Below are positions 54,769 through 64,000 of a stretch of 64,000 nucleotides of DNA, one piece after another. This DNA is from Candidatus Doudnabacteria bacterium (GTDB taxonomy: Bacteria; Patescibacteriota; Doudnabacteria; UBA920). Every line of letters begins with the position of its first letter. The first letter of the stretch is position 1. The position numbers were made by a program, and so were the translations under genes. The notes under the pieces were generated by a model. That model was not told where the DNA came from. It was given only the letters and a program-made list of their open reading frames with translations, and did not search any database. The stretch covers positions 522,853-586,852 of the forward strand of contig CAWINB010000004.1 in the NCBI GenBank assembly GCA_963837465.1, given 5' to 3'.

Positions 54769-55746
54769 ATGGTCACTCTGCTTTTAGGTCCGGATGATTT
54801 TTCCAAAAAAGAATATGTAAATGCTTTGTCTGCCTGCGAAAAAGTTCAGGTGGAGGTTTTAAGCTCGCCCGAAAGTTTGCCGGTTAGCGAACTTGTTTCA
54901 CAGGATTTATTTCCGGCCAAAAAAATTTTTGTCGTCAACGGGGGATTAAAATATCTTGATGAAAAAAACCTCGGCGCTTTAATAGCCGGTAAAAATCAGA
55001 TTTTATTTCTGGAGACCAAAGTCGACAAAAGAATTAAATTTAACAAAGACTTGCTGGCAAATAAAAATATAGTGGTAAAGGAATTCATTCTTCCCCGCGG
55101 CAGCGAACTGGACCAATGGATTATAGCGCGGGTTTTATTGCTTGGCGGGAAAATTTCGCCCCAGGCGGCCGGTACCTTAGCTCAGCGGTTGGGCCGCGAC
55201 AACGCCAAAGAATCAAAATTTGGCGGAAAAATAGTAGATATAGAAGAGATTTATGATTTATGGCAGGCGGACTCCGAAATTCAAAAATTAATCGCGTACG
55301 CGGGCACCGGGGAAATATCGGTAAGTGATGTTTTAGCGCTGGTTTCCGAAAATGTGGAGGTGGATGTGTTTGATTTAACCAACGCCATTGCCGACAACCA
55401 AAAACAAAAAGCTCTGGAACTCCTACACGGCTTTTTAAAAGATCAGGCCGGGAGCGACGAAAAGGGCGCCATAATCCAGTTAAACGCTTTGCTCAGCGAG
55501 CAGTTTAGGAATGTTTATGTTGTCCAGGATTTTTTGTCGCGCAAAACCGCGGAAACGGAAATTTTGGATAAAACCGGCTGGAAAAGCGGCCGGCTGTTTG
55601 TAATAAAAAAAATCGCAACCAAATTTCCGCCAAAAAAAGTCCTGGAACTACTAAACAAACTCGCCGCCTTAGACGAAGAACTAAAAACCTCCAGCACCCC
55701 CCCAAGAGTTTTGTTGGATTTAATCGTAAGCCAACTGTTGACTTAG
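54769..55746 (+). CDS. holA: DNA polymerase III delta subunit-like protein
   Basis: 325 aa. N-terminal LLLGPDDFSKKEY and overall length fit HolA. Weak call. Confidence 0.4.
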   Translation: MVTLLLGPDDFSKKEYVNALSACEKVQVEVLSSPESLPVSELVSQDLFPAKKIFVVNGGLKYLDEKNLGALIAGKNQILFLETKVDKRIKFNKDLLANKNIVVKEFILPRGSELDQWIIARVLLLGGKISPQAAGTLAQRLGRDNAKESKFGGKIVDIEEIYDLWQADSEIQKLIAYAGTGEISVSDVLALVSENVEVDVFDLTNAIADNQKQKALELLHGFLKDQAGSDEKGAIIQLNALLSEQFRNVYVVQDFLSRKTAETEILDKTGWKSGRLFVIKKIATKFPPKKVLELLNKLAALDEELKTSSTPPRVLLDLIVSQLLT

Positions 55747-55821
55747 TCCTTATGTTTATAATATCCGTTTGCGCTAGCGTACTAGTACGCTAGCGCAAAC
55801 GGGATGGGTAAATAATTTTGT

Positions 55822-56196
55822 ATGACCTGGGTAATTCTTTCTTTTTTGGCGCCGTTATTCTGGGCAACCGGCAATGTGGGCGACAAATATATTTTTGCCA
55901 AATGGCTTAAGCGTTCATTTGCCGCTTTAATGGCCTTTGGTTTTTTTGGCGCAATCGCCGCAATAATTATTTTTGCTTTTAGGGGTTTTGGGCATTTTTC
56001 CGCGGGTTTGGTTCTGGGAGCCTTGTTTTCCGGCGCGCTTTATATGGGTGCGAACATTTTTTACTACCGGGCCGCGCGATTGGGAGAAGTATCCAGGATT
56101 ATCCCCATAATCTATCTGGAGCCGCTTTTTACCGCAGCGGTATCAGCAGTTATTTTAGGAGAGATATTTTCAATTTTAGAGATTTTGAGTATTTGA
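55822..56196 (+). CDS. Small EamA/DMT-like membrane protein
   Basis: 124 aa, 4 TM helices. Followed by hairpin GGAGAGGACTCATATAGAATCCTCTCC. Confidence 0.4.
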   Translation: MTWVILSFLAPLFWATGNVGDKYIFAKWLKRSFAALMAFGFFGAIAAIIIFAFRGFGHFSAGLVLGALFSGALYMGANIFYYRAARLGEVSRIIPIIYLEPLFTAAVSAVILGEIFSILEILSI

Positions 56197-57036
56197 AATT
56201 TTTGCTTAAATTTGAGAGAAAATAAACGGAGAGGACTCATATAGAATCCTCTCCACGTTTAGTATTAGAATTATATCAGTTTTTTGACTTTTGTCAAGCT
56301 TAAGTCTTATACAATGGAACATGGCCCCTATCTTTGAGACAGCCTCTAAAGGAGGACGGTACCCCAATTGCTGAAACCGGAGGGTTGCCCGGAAGCTGTA
56401 CAAAGAGCATAAGCCTGCCACACTGACTTGATGACAATCGATATGACAGACTTAAGCGTTACGAGCATAGCTCAAATCAAGGAATTTCTAAAGGTCAATA
56501 CAGCAATTAATTTTACCTCAGTTTCCAGAAAGGAGAAATATGAATGGATTAACAACGTCTTAAACAAGTTTGGCTATGTCCGGCTTAAAGGCAAAAAAGA
56601 CAAGGGGCAGATTAAGGAATATATCCAACGGATGACCGGCATGTCGGGCAGACAGCTAAAACGACTGATTACCAACAAGAGAGGAAGTGGGTTAGTGGCC
56701 TTGTCCCCGAATTGGGGCAAGAAAAACCGGTTTGTTACTGTTTATGGCCCGGCAGAAATACTATTGCTGGCTGAAACCGATAATCTGCACCAACGAATGA
56801 ATGCCCATGCCACCAAACAGATCCTAATGGCTGAATATGAAATATTCGGTGACGAACGGTTTAAAAGACTAAAAGATATTTCCGTTTCCCATATCTACAA
56901 TCTGCGAGTTAAAAGAATTTACACCAGCCACTCCACCACCTTTACCATAACCGATCCAGTAAGCACCCCGATTGGTATTATTGACCTTCGCCAATTAGCT
57001 TGAATATGGATTAATTTTGTGCTACCATGAAGGTAT

Positions 57037-57534
57037 ATGAAAAACAAACATATATCTTCAGGGTCTCGCAAACGGGATCCACAGGCGCTGGAGTCGCGCC
57101 GCAGACAAGCCATCAGGCTCCATAGCCAGGGCAAAAGCCAGTATTTTATAGCCAAAAAGCTAAAAGTCAGCTTTGAGGCGGTCAGTAACTGGGTGGAGCT
57201 CTATAAAGATGGCGGTTTAGAGGGCTTAAAAAGCAAGGGCAGGCCCGGCCCCAAGCCTCAACTGGATAATGAAGACCGGAGAAAGCTCAAAGCCGCTATC
57301 TTAAAGGGCCCCAAAGCCCTGGGTTATTCCACCGACTTATGGACACTTCAAAGGATCGGCAAGGTAATTAAAAGCATCAGTAAGGTTAACTACCACCCGG
57401 GCCATGTCTGGAAAATTCTCATCTCTTTGGGCTTTTCCTGCCAAAAGCCTGAAACCAGAGCCAAAGAACGCGATGAGTCAGCCATCAAAGCCTGGAAAGT
57501 TCAAAGCTTTCCGGCCTTAAAAAAAATGGGCTGA
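57037..57534 (+). CDS. IS630 transposase OrfA
   Basis: HTH; KSKGRPGPKPQL... Confidence 0.7.
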   Translation: MKNKHISSGSRKRDPQALESRRRQAIRLHSQGKSQYFIAKKLKVSFEAVSNWVELYKDGGLEGLKSKGRPGPKPQLDNEDRRKLKAAILKGPKALGYSTDLWTLQRIGKVIKSISKVNYHPGHVWKILISLGFSCQKPETRAKERDESAIKAWKVQSFPALKKMG

Positions 57535-57610
57535 TAAACACCTGTATTTACTGGGCTTCCACGATGAGTCGGGAATTTCTGAAAAACCTACTGTCAGAAG
57601 AACCTGGTCT

Positions 57611-58084
57611 GTGGTGGGCAGGACGCCGATAATACAATCCACGGGCTCTTGGGCGACAATGAGCCTTTCCGGGACAATTGTTTGTACCCCTAAAGGCAAT
57701 AATCCCCGGTTGTTTTTAAAAAGCCTGCCCCATAGCGTCAAATTTCCCGATGTTATTGACTATTTAAAAGAACTGAAACGCCACTTAAAGGGTAAGAAGC
57801 TGTTGTTGTTTTGGGACGGACTATCGGCGCATAAGGCTAAAGCGACGATAGAATACCTCAAAACTCAAAAGCATTGGCTGAAGGTGGAGCGGTTTCCGGC
57901 TTACGCGCCGGAACTCAACCCGGCCGAATACCTGTGGTCCGCTATGAAGAACAAACATTTATGCAACCTGCGGCCCAAAGGCTTGCCGCTGTTAAAGGCC
58001 GCGGTTGGCAGGAGTTATCGTAAAATCAGGAATGACCGGGAACTGTTACGGGGATTTCTGAGAGCCTCGGTACTCTATGTTTAA
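57611..58084 (+). CDS. IS630 transposase OrfB (DDE)
   Basis: LFWDGLSAHKAK...FPAYAPELNPAEYLW. The -1 frame upstream reads HLYLLGFHDESGIS. Confidence 0.7.
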   Translation: MVGRTPIIQSTGSWATMSLSGTIVCTPKGNNPRLFLKSLPHSVKFPDVIDYLKELKRHLKGKKLLLFWDGLSAHKAKATIEYLKTQKHWLKVERFPAYAPELNPAEYLWSAMKNKHLCNLRPKGLPLLKAAVGRSYRKIRNDRELLRGFLRASVLYV

Positions 58085-58877
58085 GACTATTCAATCTAAT
58101 TGGCGAAAGTCAATAGAAGAAGACCCGACAATATGGGCATTCCGGGCTATCTGCGGGTGGATACCGTGCATCAGGGCGACCGTAAGCTGGCTTTGGGCAA
58201 GTATGAGAAAGGTATTTACCACTTAAACCTGGTGGATGAAGTCACCCAATGGGAAATGGTCTTCTGTGTGGAAACGATTTCCGAGCTGCATTTAAAACCC
58301 ATATTTGAACAGTTGCAGCAAATGTTTCCCTTTACAGTAATTAACTTCCACTCTGACAACGGTAGCGAGAACATTAATTACACGGTAGCTGATATTCTTA
58401 GAAGGTTAGTTATTAAACAGACAAAATCACGAAGCAGGCACTGCAATGACAATGCCTTAGTGGAAAGCAAGAACGGCAGTGTCATCAGAAAGTATATGGG
58501 CTACACTCATATCCCGAAAACCTACGCGCAGGAGATTAACGAATTTTACCAGAAGTTTTTTAACCCTTACCTGAACTTCCACAGACCCTGCGGCTTTGCC
58601 ACCACCACGGTTGACCATAAGGGCAAGGAAAAGAAAAAATATGATATTTACTTAACTCCCTATGCCAAACTGAAGACTCTGGATAATTGGACACGCTACC
58701 TTGCCCCAGGACGGACGGAAAAACAACTGGATGACATCAGCACCGGCCACAGCCATAACGGATGGGCAAAACTTATGCAGGAAGCAAAGTCAGCAGTATT
58801 TAAAAACATTAAACTTAAGGAACATCAAAAAATGGCCGCTGGCGGATAGGGGCCATGTCTTGATTAGAAACTACTGC

Positions 58878-60743
58878 TTATCTCGCTGCTCTTTTCCTGT
58901 CGTTCGCGTTCAAAAGTTTTTTGCGGATGCGGATGGATTTTGGGGTTACTTCTACCAGTTCGTCGGGACCGATGTATTCCAGGGCGAAGTCGAGTTCTAC
59001 GGGGCGCGGGGGAGTAAGAATAATCGCCTCGTCGGTTCCGCTGGAGCGGATGTTGGTCAGTTTTTTGGTTTTGCAGACGTTAAGTTCTATGTCGCTGTCC
59101 ACGGCGTTTTTGCCTACAACCATACCCTCGTAAACTTCCACGGCCGGGCCGATAAACATAATGCCGCGTTCCTGCGCGTTGTTAAGGCCATAGGCGTTAC
59201 TAACGCCGGTTTCGGAAGAAATTAAACTGCCGTGGTCGTTGGCGTGGGTATCTACATCGTGCACGGGTTTGTAGCTGTCAAAAAGGTTGTTGATGATAAC
59301 CGTACCGCGGGTTTGGGTTAAAAGCGCGCTCTTAAGGCCAATAAGCCCGCGCGTGGGAATTAAATATTCGGCGTGAATTTCGCCGGAGGGGTTGGTATCC
59401 ATTACCTGCATTTCGCCGCCGCGCCTTCCTAAATTTTCTATCATCGCGCCCTGGTATTCGCTGGGCACGTCTATGCTGGCAATTTCATAGGGTTCCATCT
59501 TCGCGCCATCTTTTTCGTGGTAGATAACCTGCGGCTGGGATACTTGCAGTTCAAAACCTTCTCTTCTCATCGTTTCTATCAAAATTCCCAAATGCAGTTC
59601 GCCGCGTCCGGAAACCAAAAAGTTTTCGCCGCCGCCGCCCGAGCTTTCGGTTAAGGGCGCCCCTTCCATAGTTTGCACTTTCAGCGCCACATTAATTTCC
59701 AGCTCTTTAATAAGTCTGTCGCGGATGTTCCTGGAAGTTACCAGTTTCCCCTCTTTGCCGGCGAACGGGGACGTGTTGACGCCAAAAGTCATTTTAATGG
59801 TCGGCGGTTCTATTTCCACCGGCTCTAAGTGAATAGGGTTTACCGGGTCGGTTAAAGTTTCGCCAATGGAGACATCGTCAAAACCGGAAATGGCCACAAT
59901 GTCGCCGGCCGTGGCCTCTTCCACGTCCGCGGGTTTAAGGCCAATGTACATTTGCAAAGAAGTAATTTTGCCCGGAGTTTTGCTCTCGTCCGGTTTAATC
60001 CGCACAATGTTCTGGCCTTTTTTGATGTTGCCGGAAACAATTTTACCAATGCCCATTTTGCCTTTGTAGTTGTCGTAAACCAGGGCCAGCACCAGCATGG
60101 CAAACGGATCTTCCGGTTTTACGTCCGGAGCCGGGATGTATTTTACAATGGCGTCAAAAAGAGGGGAAACATCCGGAGCCGCGCCGGAAGCGATTTTTTT
60201 CTTTAAAGTTTCAAGGTCCGTGTCTGCCAAACCTTTTACGCCCGAGGCGTAAACTATGGGAAAATCCAGTTGTTCGTTAGTGGCGTTAAGTTTGCCGAAT
60301 AAATCAAAAGTTTTGTCCACGGTGCCGTCGGGGTTGGCGCCGTCTTTATCTACTTTGTTAATTACCACAATGGCTTTAAGGCCAAGTTCCAAAGCTTTTT
60401 TAAGCACAAATTTGGTTTGCGGCATTGGGCCTTCTTTGGCATCCACCAAAAGCAAAACGCCGTCCGCCATTCTAAGCGTGCGTTCTACTTCTCCGCCAAA
60501 GTCGGCGTGTCCCGGAGTATCTACAATATTAATTTTAGTGCCGTTGTAAACCAAAGAAGCGTTTTTGGCCCGAATAGTAATACCGCGCTCGCGCTCCAAA
60601 TCCATACTGTCCATTATCAAATCTTTGGTGTCGGCATTGTCCTTAACCGTCTGCGTCTGCTTAAGCATAGCGTCCACTAAAGTAGTCTTGCCATGGTCAA
60701 CGTGGGCAATAATGGCGATGTTGCGAATGTTGTTTCTTTTCAT
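58878..60743 (-). CDS. typA: Translational GTPase TypA/BipA
   Basis: 621 aa. [33 protein letters not shown]-like domains. Confidence 0.9.
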   Translation of the reverse strand: MKRNNIRNIAIIAHVDHGKTTLVDAMLKQTQTVKDNADTKDLIMDSMDLERERGITIRAKNASLVYNGTKINIVDTPGHADFGGEVERTLRMADGVLLLVDAKEGPMPQTKFVLKKALELGLKAIVVINKVDKDGANPDGTVDKTFDLFGKLNATNEQLDFPIVYASGVKGLADTDLETLKKKIASGAAPDVSPLFDAIVKYIPAPDVKPEDPFAMLVLALVYDNYKGKMGIGKIVSGNIKKGQNIVRIKPDESKTPGKITSLQMYIGLKPADVEEATAGDIVAISGFDDVSIGETLTDPVNPIHLEPVEIEPPTIKMTFGVNTSPFAGKEGKLVTSRNIRDRLIKELEINVALKVQTMEGAPLTESSGGGGENFLVSGRGELHLGILIETMRREGFELQVSQPQVIYHEKDGAKMEPYEIASIDVPSEYQGAMIENLGRRGGEMQVMDTNPSGEIHAEYLIPTRGLIGLKSALLTQTRGTVIINNLFDSYKPVHDVDTHANDHGSLISSETGVSNAYGLNNAQERGIMFIGPAVEVYEGMVVGKNAVDSDIELNVCKTKKLTNIRSSGTDEAIILTPPRPVELDFALEYIGPDELVEVTPKSIRIRKKLLNANDRKRAAR

Positions 60744-61034
60744 ACTTTGTTATCCTTATGTCCGCTAATAAGTCGCTGATAGGAACGCTGATTTATCGCT
60801 GAGCGCCATTTCAGCGTTTGCTCAGCGTACTTATCAGCGTCTATTCAGCGGTGTGCAAATAAAAATCCCGGATTTCTTTTCGGGAAAGATACGTAAAATA
60901 TAGCATAAATATTGATGATTTGTCAACTATTTATCCCGTTAGAAAAAAAAGCTTGTAATTATAAGGGTTTTGTAATTTGATAAAACTTTTATTGCTTATA
61001 TAAAAGTAAAAGAAGTAATTTTTTTCTATTGGGA

Positions 61035-61063
61035 TTGACGAAATAGAGGAAAAGTGGTATAAT
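61035..61063 (+). promoter_or_regulatory. Near-consensus sigma70 promoter
   Basis: TTGACG (61035-61040), 17-bp spacer, TGgTATAAT (61055-61063). Confidence 0.55.
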
Positions 61064-61070
61064 ATAGTCA

Positions 61071-61140
61071 AAGTTCAGAATCGGAGAATCGGAGAATCGG
61101 AGAATCGGTAGTGCAGGCCCGTGGCCTGCTTTAGCGTTTT
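61071..61140 (+). ncRNA. Candidate small RNA with GGA-containing tandem octamer repeats
   Basis: A predicted transcript of about 70 nt: (GAATCGGA)x4 at 61076-61107, then terminator GCAGGCC-CGT-GGCCTGC plus TTTAGCGTTTT. Confidence 0.3.
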
Positions 61141-61425
61141 GCAAGCTCCTTAAAAATAAAAATCCTTTGCGGAAAGCAACTTGGCGGTTTGTGTGTCATC
61201 CCGGAAAATTTATATTGCTATTAAATTTATCAGGGATCCATATTCAAAAGACACAATAAAGTTGTCAGTTTGCTTTCCGTGAAAATGGGAAGAAAGAATC
61301 GGCAACAACAGGTGAGAGATAGCCTGTTGCCAAGAACAACATATCTTTCCAGTTTGGTAAAACTGGGCTACAAAAATTACCCTGCGCCAACATCCAAGGA
61401 TGTCGCAGCCCTTTAGGAGGGAAAA

Positions 61426-61758
61426 ATGATTATCATTTATGAAAAAGGAACCTGTAAAATTTGCGTGCCGGAAGGTACGCAAATTGGGAGGGTGGGTATA
61501 TCTCCCTCCGCTGGGGAGAAGTATGTAGACTGGGTTAATACCAGTCTACCCCAACCTTGGGGAAGTCCGGCCATCCGATTGCCGGATGGCAGATATTTTA
61601 AGGTCGGGTCCAGTTCTTCCGGACCCAACACCATAGAAATAATAGAAGCTCTGCCTCCCGAAACTTTATTTGTGGGGGTTAGTGAACCCCAATGGGTGGC
61701 GGCGGAAGCCCATGACCCTGGCCACAAAACCCGCAGATGGTGGGAGAGCGCTGGGTAG
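61426..61758 (+). CDS. Hypothetical protein
   Basis: 110 aa. SD AGGAGG 6 nt before ATG. Confidence 0.35.
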   Translation: MIIIYEKGTCKICVPEGTQIGRVGISPSAGEKYVDWVNTSLPQPWGSPAIRLPDGRYFKVGSSSSGPNTIEIIEALPPETLFVGVSEPQWVAAEAHDPGHKTRRWWESAG

Positions 61759-62374
61759 CAAGCGTTACCTTTTTAGTTGGTATTTAGTCGGCGATTTTTG
61801 AAAAAAATCCTTATCAAAATTAGATTATTCAACAGATACGCGCGTTTTGAAATTTATATTTCAACACATACGTATCCCTTGAAGCAACTTAACTAGTCAA
61901 GCCACGATTTTTTGTCTTAATTGTCTCTTAAAAGGTTAATCTCACCAACTAAAAAGGTAACGCTTTCCGCTGGGTCTATCCAGTTATTCGGCGCTCGGGG
62001 AGGGGCGCCGATGCAGGTGAAGTGATAATTCTATTATAGTCGGTATTAGCCGACAAACACTGTCAAAATAGGCAGGAAGAAGTTTGCAGTAAAAACTTAG
62101 GGCTTATGCCCAAAGGACACCTTGTTAATCTTGGCATTCTTTTTTTTGTGCAAAATGCTTTTTGTGCGGCTTTTTGCTATAATATATAGAGAAAAGAATC
62201 AAATTTAGAAACAGAAAATCGTTTGGATTTAAATCCTAAATCACTAAACGCCATTCCGAGCGCAGCGAGGAATCCCTTAATCTGAGAATTTTAGATTAAA
62301 TAAGGGATCCCTCGGGTGCACTCGGGATGGTTCGCAATCTGAAATCAAAAATCTTTACATCATAAATATTTCCT

Positions 62375-63403
62375 ATGCCCTTAGCCAAACAACGCGCGCA
62401 AAATATCAGCTTCTATCTTCTTTTAGCCATTGTCGGGTTGACGGTGGTTTTTATGTTTCTGCCTTTTTTTAAACTGATTGCATTGGGCGGGATTTTGGCC
62501 GTGCTGTTTCATCCGCTAAAGGTTAAAATTTCCAAATATATAAAGTCGCGAACTTTGGCGGCCATAATTACTTTGGTTCTGGCAATTATCATAATTATCT
62601 TACCGCTTTACGCCATTGGACAGCTGGTGTTTAACGAAATCTACAGCGTTTACAGCCACGCCAAAAATGGCGGTTTTGGTTTAAACCAGAGTGAAATATT
62701 AAACCATCTTAGCGGCAACTCGCGCCAGGCCGCGCAAAATCTTTTAAACACCGCCGGGCAAAAAATTTCCGGGCTGGCGGGCAATGCTTTTTACAGCATC
62801 AGCGGCCTGCTTTCCAACATTGCCAGTTTTGTGGTCAGCGTAATTTTGGTGGTGTTTACTTTATATTACTTTTTAAAGGACGGTGATAAATTTAAACTTT
62901 TTATGGAAAAAATTTTTCCGCTGTCCCATACCCACGAAGCTTTGCTGGTGGACAAACTGGAAATGGCCATAAAAGGAGTGGTACAGGGATCGTTTACGGT
63001 GGCGCTGCTGCAGGGCACGGTTTCCACAATCGGCTTTTATATTTTTGGCGTGCCCAACCCGCTGCTGTGGGGCGTGTTTACAGTGCTTGCCGCCCTGGTT
63101 CCCACCGTGGGCACTTTACTGTCGCTTGTCCCGGCGGTTCTCTATTTGTTCATTACCGGCCATACCGGAGACGGCATTGGCATGACTATTTGGGCATTTT
63201 GCAGTATTCAGGGCATAGACAATTTTATTAGTCCCCGGTTGATTGGACACAAAACCAATTTGCATCCGCTGCTGACTTTATTAAGCATTCTTGGAGGCAT
63301 TGGCATGTTCGGCTATTTGGGATTTTTAATCGGGCCAATCCTGATGGCGGTGTTTATGGCGCTTCTTGATATTTACGCGGACGGGGCAAAGCAGAAAACG
63401 TAG
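62375..63403 (+). CDS. AI-2E family transporter-like membrane protein
   Basis: 342 aa, about 8 TM helices. Overall architecture fits PF01594. Confidence 0.5.
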   Translation: MPLAKQRAQNISFYLLLAIVGLTVVFMFLPFFKLIALGGILAVLFHPLKVKISKYIKSRTLAAIITLVLAIIIIILPLYAIGQLVFNEIYSVYSHAKNGGFGLNQSEILNHLSGNSRQAAQNLLNTAGQKISGLAGNAFYSISGLLSNIASFVVSVILVVFTLYYFLKDGDKFKLFMEKIFPLSHTHEALLVDKLEMAIKGVVQGSFTVALLQGTVSTIGFYIFGVPNPLLWGVFTVLAALVPTVGTLLSLVPAVLYLFITGHTGDGIGMTIWAFCSIQGIDNFISPRLIGHKTNLHPLLTLLSILGGIGMFGYLGFLIGPILMAVFMALLDIYADGAKQKT

Positions 63404-63520
63404 TTGCGGCGTGCCCGATTTTTTGGGCGTCGATGGCTTTGTCGCCCAACAAACCGGGCACGCCGCAGGGCTCCATGGAAAAATATTGCTCCCACCCCCA
63501 ATTTGTACTAATATTCATGT

Positions 63521-64000
63521 ATGAAGCCCTCTAAAAACATCCACAAACTCGCGCAGGGTTTCCCGCCCACCATCCTTACCATTTTTGGCGCCACCGGCGA
63601 CCTGTCCGCGGACTATCTTCTGCCTGCGCTTTTGCATATGGACGAACACGGGCTGTTGCCTAAAACTTTTAAGCTGGTCTGCGTGGGTCGGCGTCCCCTT
63701 AACGCCAAAAATTATCTGGAGTTTATTTTAAAAAAATCCCACGTCCTGAAAAAATTAAGCCCGGCAAAAAAATCCAAATTTTTAAGGCACTTGGTTTATT
63801 ACAAAGGCGACTTTGTCCAGCCGGAAGATTTTAAAGGTTTGGCCGAGGTCTTGTCGGATACTGAAAAACCAAAACACACCTGTTACAACCGGCTGTTTTA
63901 TTTTGCCACCAGCCCCCAGCAGTTTGCCGGCATCACCCACATTTTAAAAACTTCGGGACTGCTTATGGCCTGTAGCGGCCACGAGCGAAAAGTCCGCGTG
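63521..64000 (+). CDS. zwf: Glucose-6-phosphate dehydrogenase, 5' part (runs off window)
   Basis: ILTIFGATGDLSADYLLPALLHM...FKLVCVGRR is the G6PD NADP-binding N-terminus. No stop before the window end. Confidence 0.85.
   Translation, partial: MKPSKNIHKLAQGFPPTILTIFGATGDLSADYLLPALLHMDEHGLLPKTFKLVCVGRRPLNAKNYLEFILKKSHVLKKLSPAKKSKFLRHLVYYKGDFVQPEDFKGLAEVLSDTEKPKHTCYNRLFYFATSPQQFAGITHILKTSGLLMACSGHERKVRV

Larger units (their letters stand above)
56989..58105 (+). mobile_element. IS630-family insertion sequence, nested copy, distinct from the one at 32537
   Basis: Terminal inverted repeats CGCCAATTAGCTTGAATA (56989-57006) and TATTCAATCTAATTGGCG (58088-58105). OrfA 57037-57534, OrfB 57611-58084, A8 slippery run at 57520-57527. 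Confidence 0.7.
56428..58849 (+). mobile_element. DDE (rve) transposase gene of an IS481/ISNCY-like element, split by a nested IS630 insertion
   Basis: N-part 56428-56988 (HTH) and C-part from 58106 (HSDNGSE...NDNALVESKNGSV). Precise removal of 56989-58105 restores one in-frame ORF of about 440 aa. Confidence 0.55.

Noticed and set aside
61210-61482. 90-aa minus-strand ORF overlapping the 110-aa plus-strand ORF
   Set aside because: The plus-strand ORF 61426-61758 has a perfect AGGAGG SD. The minus ORF has none and is antisense to it.
62221-62340. Imperfect palindromes GGATTTAAATCC and AATCCCTTAATCT...AGATTAAATAAGGGAT upstream of the AI-2E transporter gene
   Set aside because: Possibly an operator or leader structure. 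Single copy, with no supporting promoter or terminator pattern.

Overview
This 64-kb window is a low-GC (about 40%) bacterial region. A conserved core flanks a roughly 42-kb accessory island inserted at the 3' end of a tRNA-Lys gene. The mix of type IV pilus genes, a giant Ig-like surface protein and few recognisable metabolic genes resembles CPR/Patescibacteria-like genomes, but that is inference only.

Core, left side (1 to 12483): a glycan-modification cluster with two methyltransferases, GT4-like and GT2 glycosyltransferases, an acyltransferase-3 and an initiating sugar phosphotransferase. Then a type IV pilus operon pilB-pilC-pilM-pilN-pilO. Then tRNA-Arg(TCG), an inositol-monophosphatase-family gene and tRNA-Lys(CTT).

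Accessory island (about 12484 to 54730). Four large serine recombinase genes or remnants, numbered SR1 to SR4 in window order (SR1 12392-14014, SR2 35001-36287, SR3 39324-40913, SR4 53542-54390); SR1 and SR3 are paralogous, SR2 is distinct, SR4 is truncated. A roughly 0.5-kb repeat family in four copies plus a remnant, always joined at one precise boundary downstream of a recombinase 3' end. A conjugation-like module with a frameshifted VirB4/VirD4/HerA-superfamily ATPase, a Replic_Relax protein and RadC. A GC-rich foreign islet. A type I R-M operon with a SIR2-like and HerA-like defence pair nested between hsdS and hsdR, with an IS630 element inserted 29 bp upstream of hsdM. A bactofilin gene. 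A Microviridae-type rolling-circle Rep next to SR2. A GC-rich DEDDh exonuclease gene. An IS3-family element. A 2192-aa TIG/He_PIG-repeat surface protein operon bracketed by inverted repeat copies.

Core, right side: holA-like gene, a small EamA-like membrane protein, an rve transposase gene split by a nested IS630-family element, typA/bipA, a candidate small RNA with tandem GGA-containing repeats, an AI-2E-family transporter, and the 5' end of zwf.

No CRISPR array, rRNA gene or reverse transcriptase was detected. All functional calls rest on motif recognition by eye; nothing was searched against a database.
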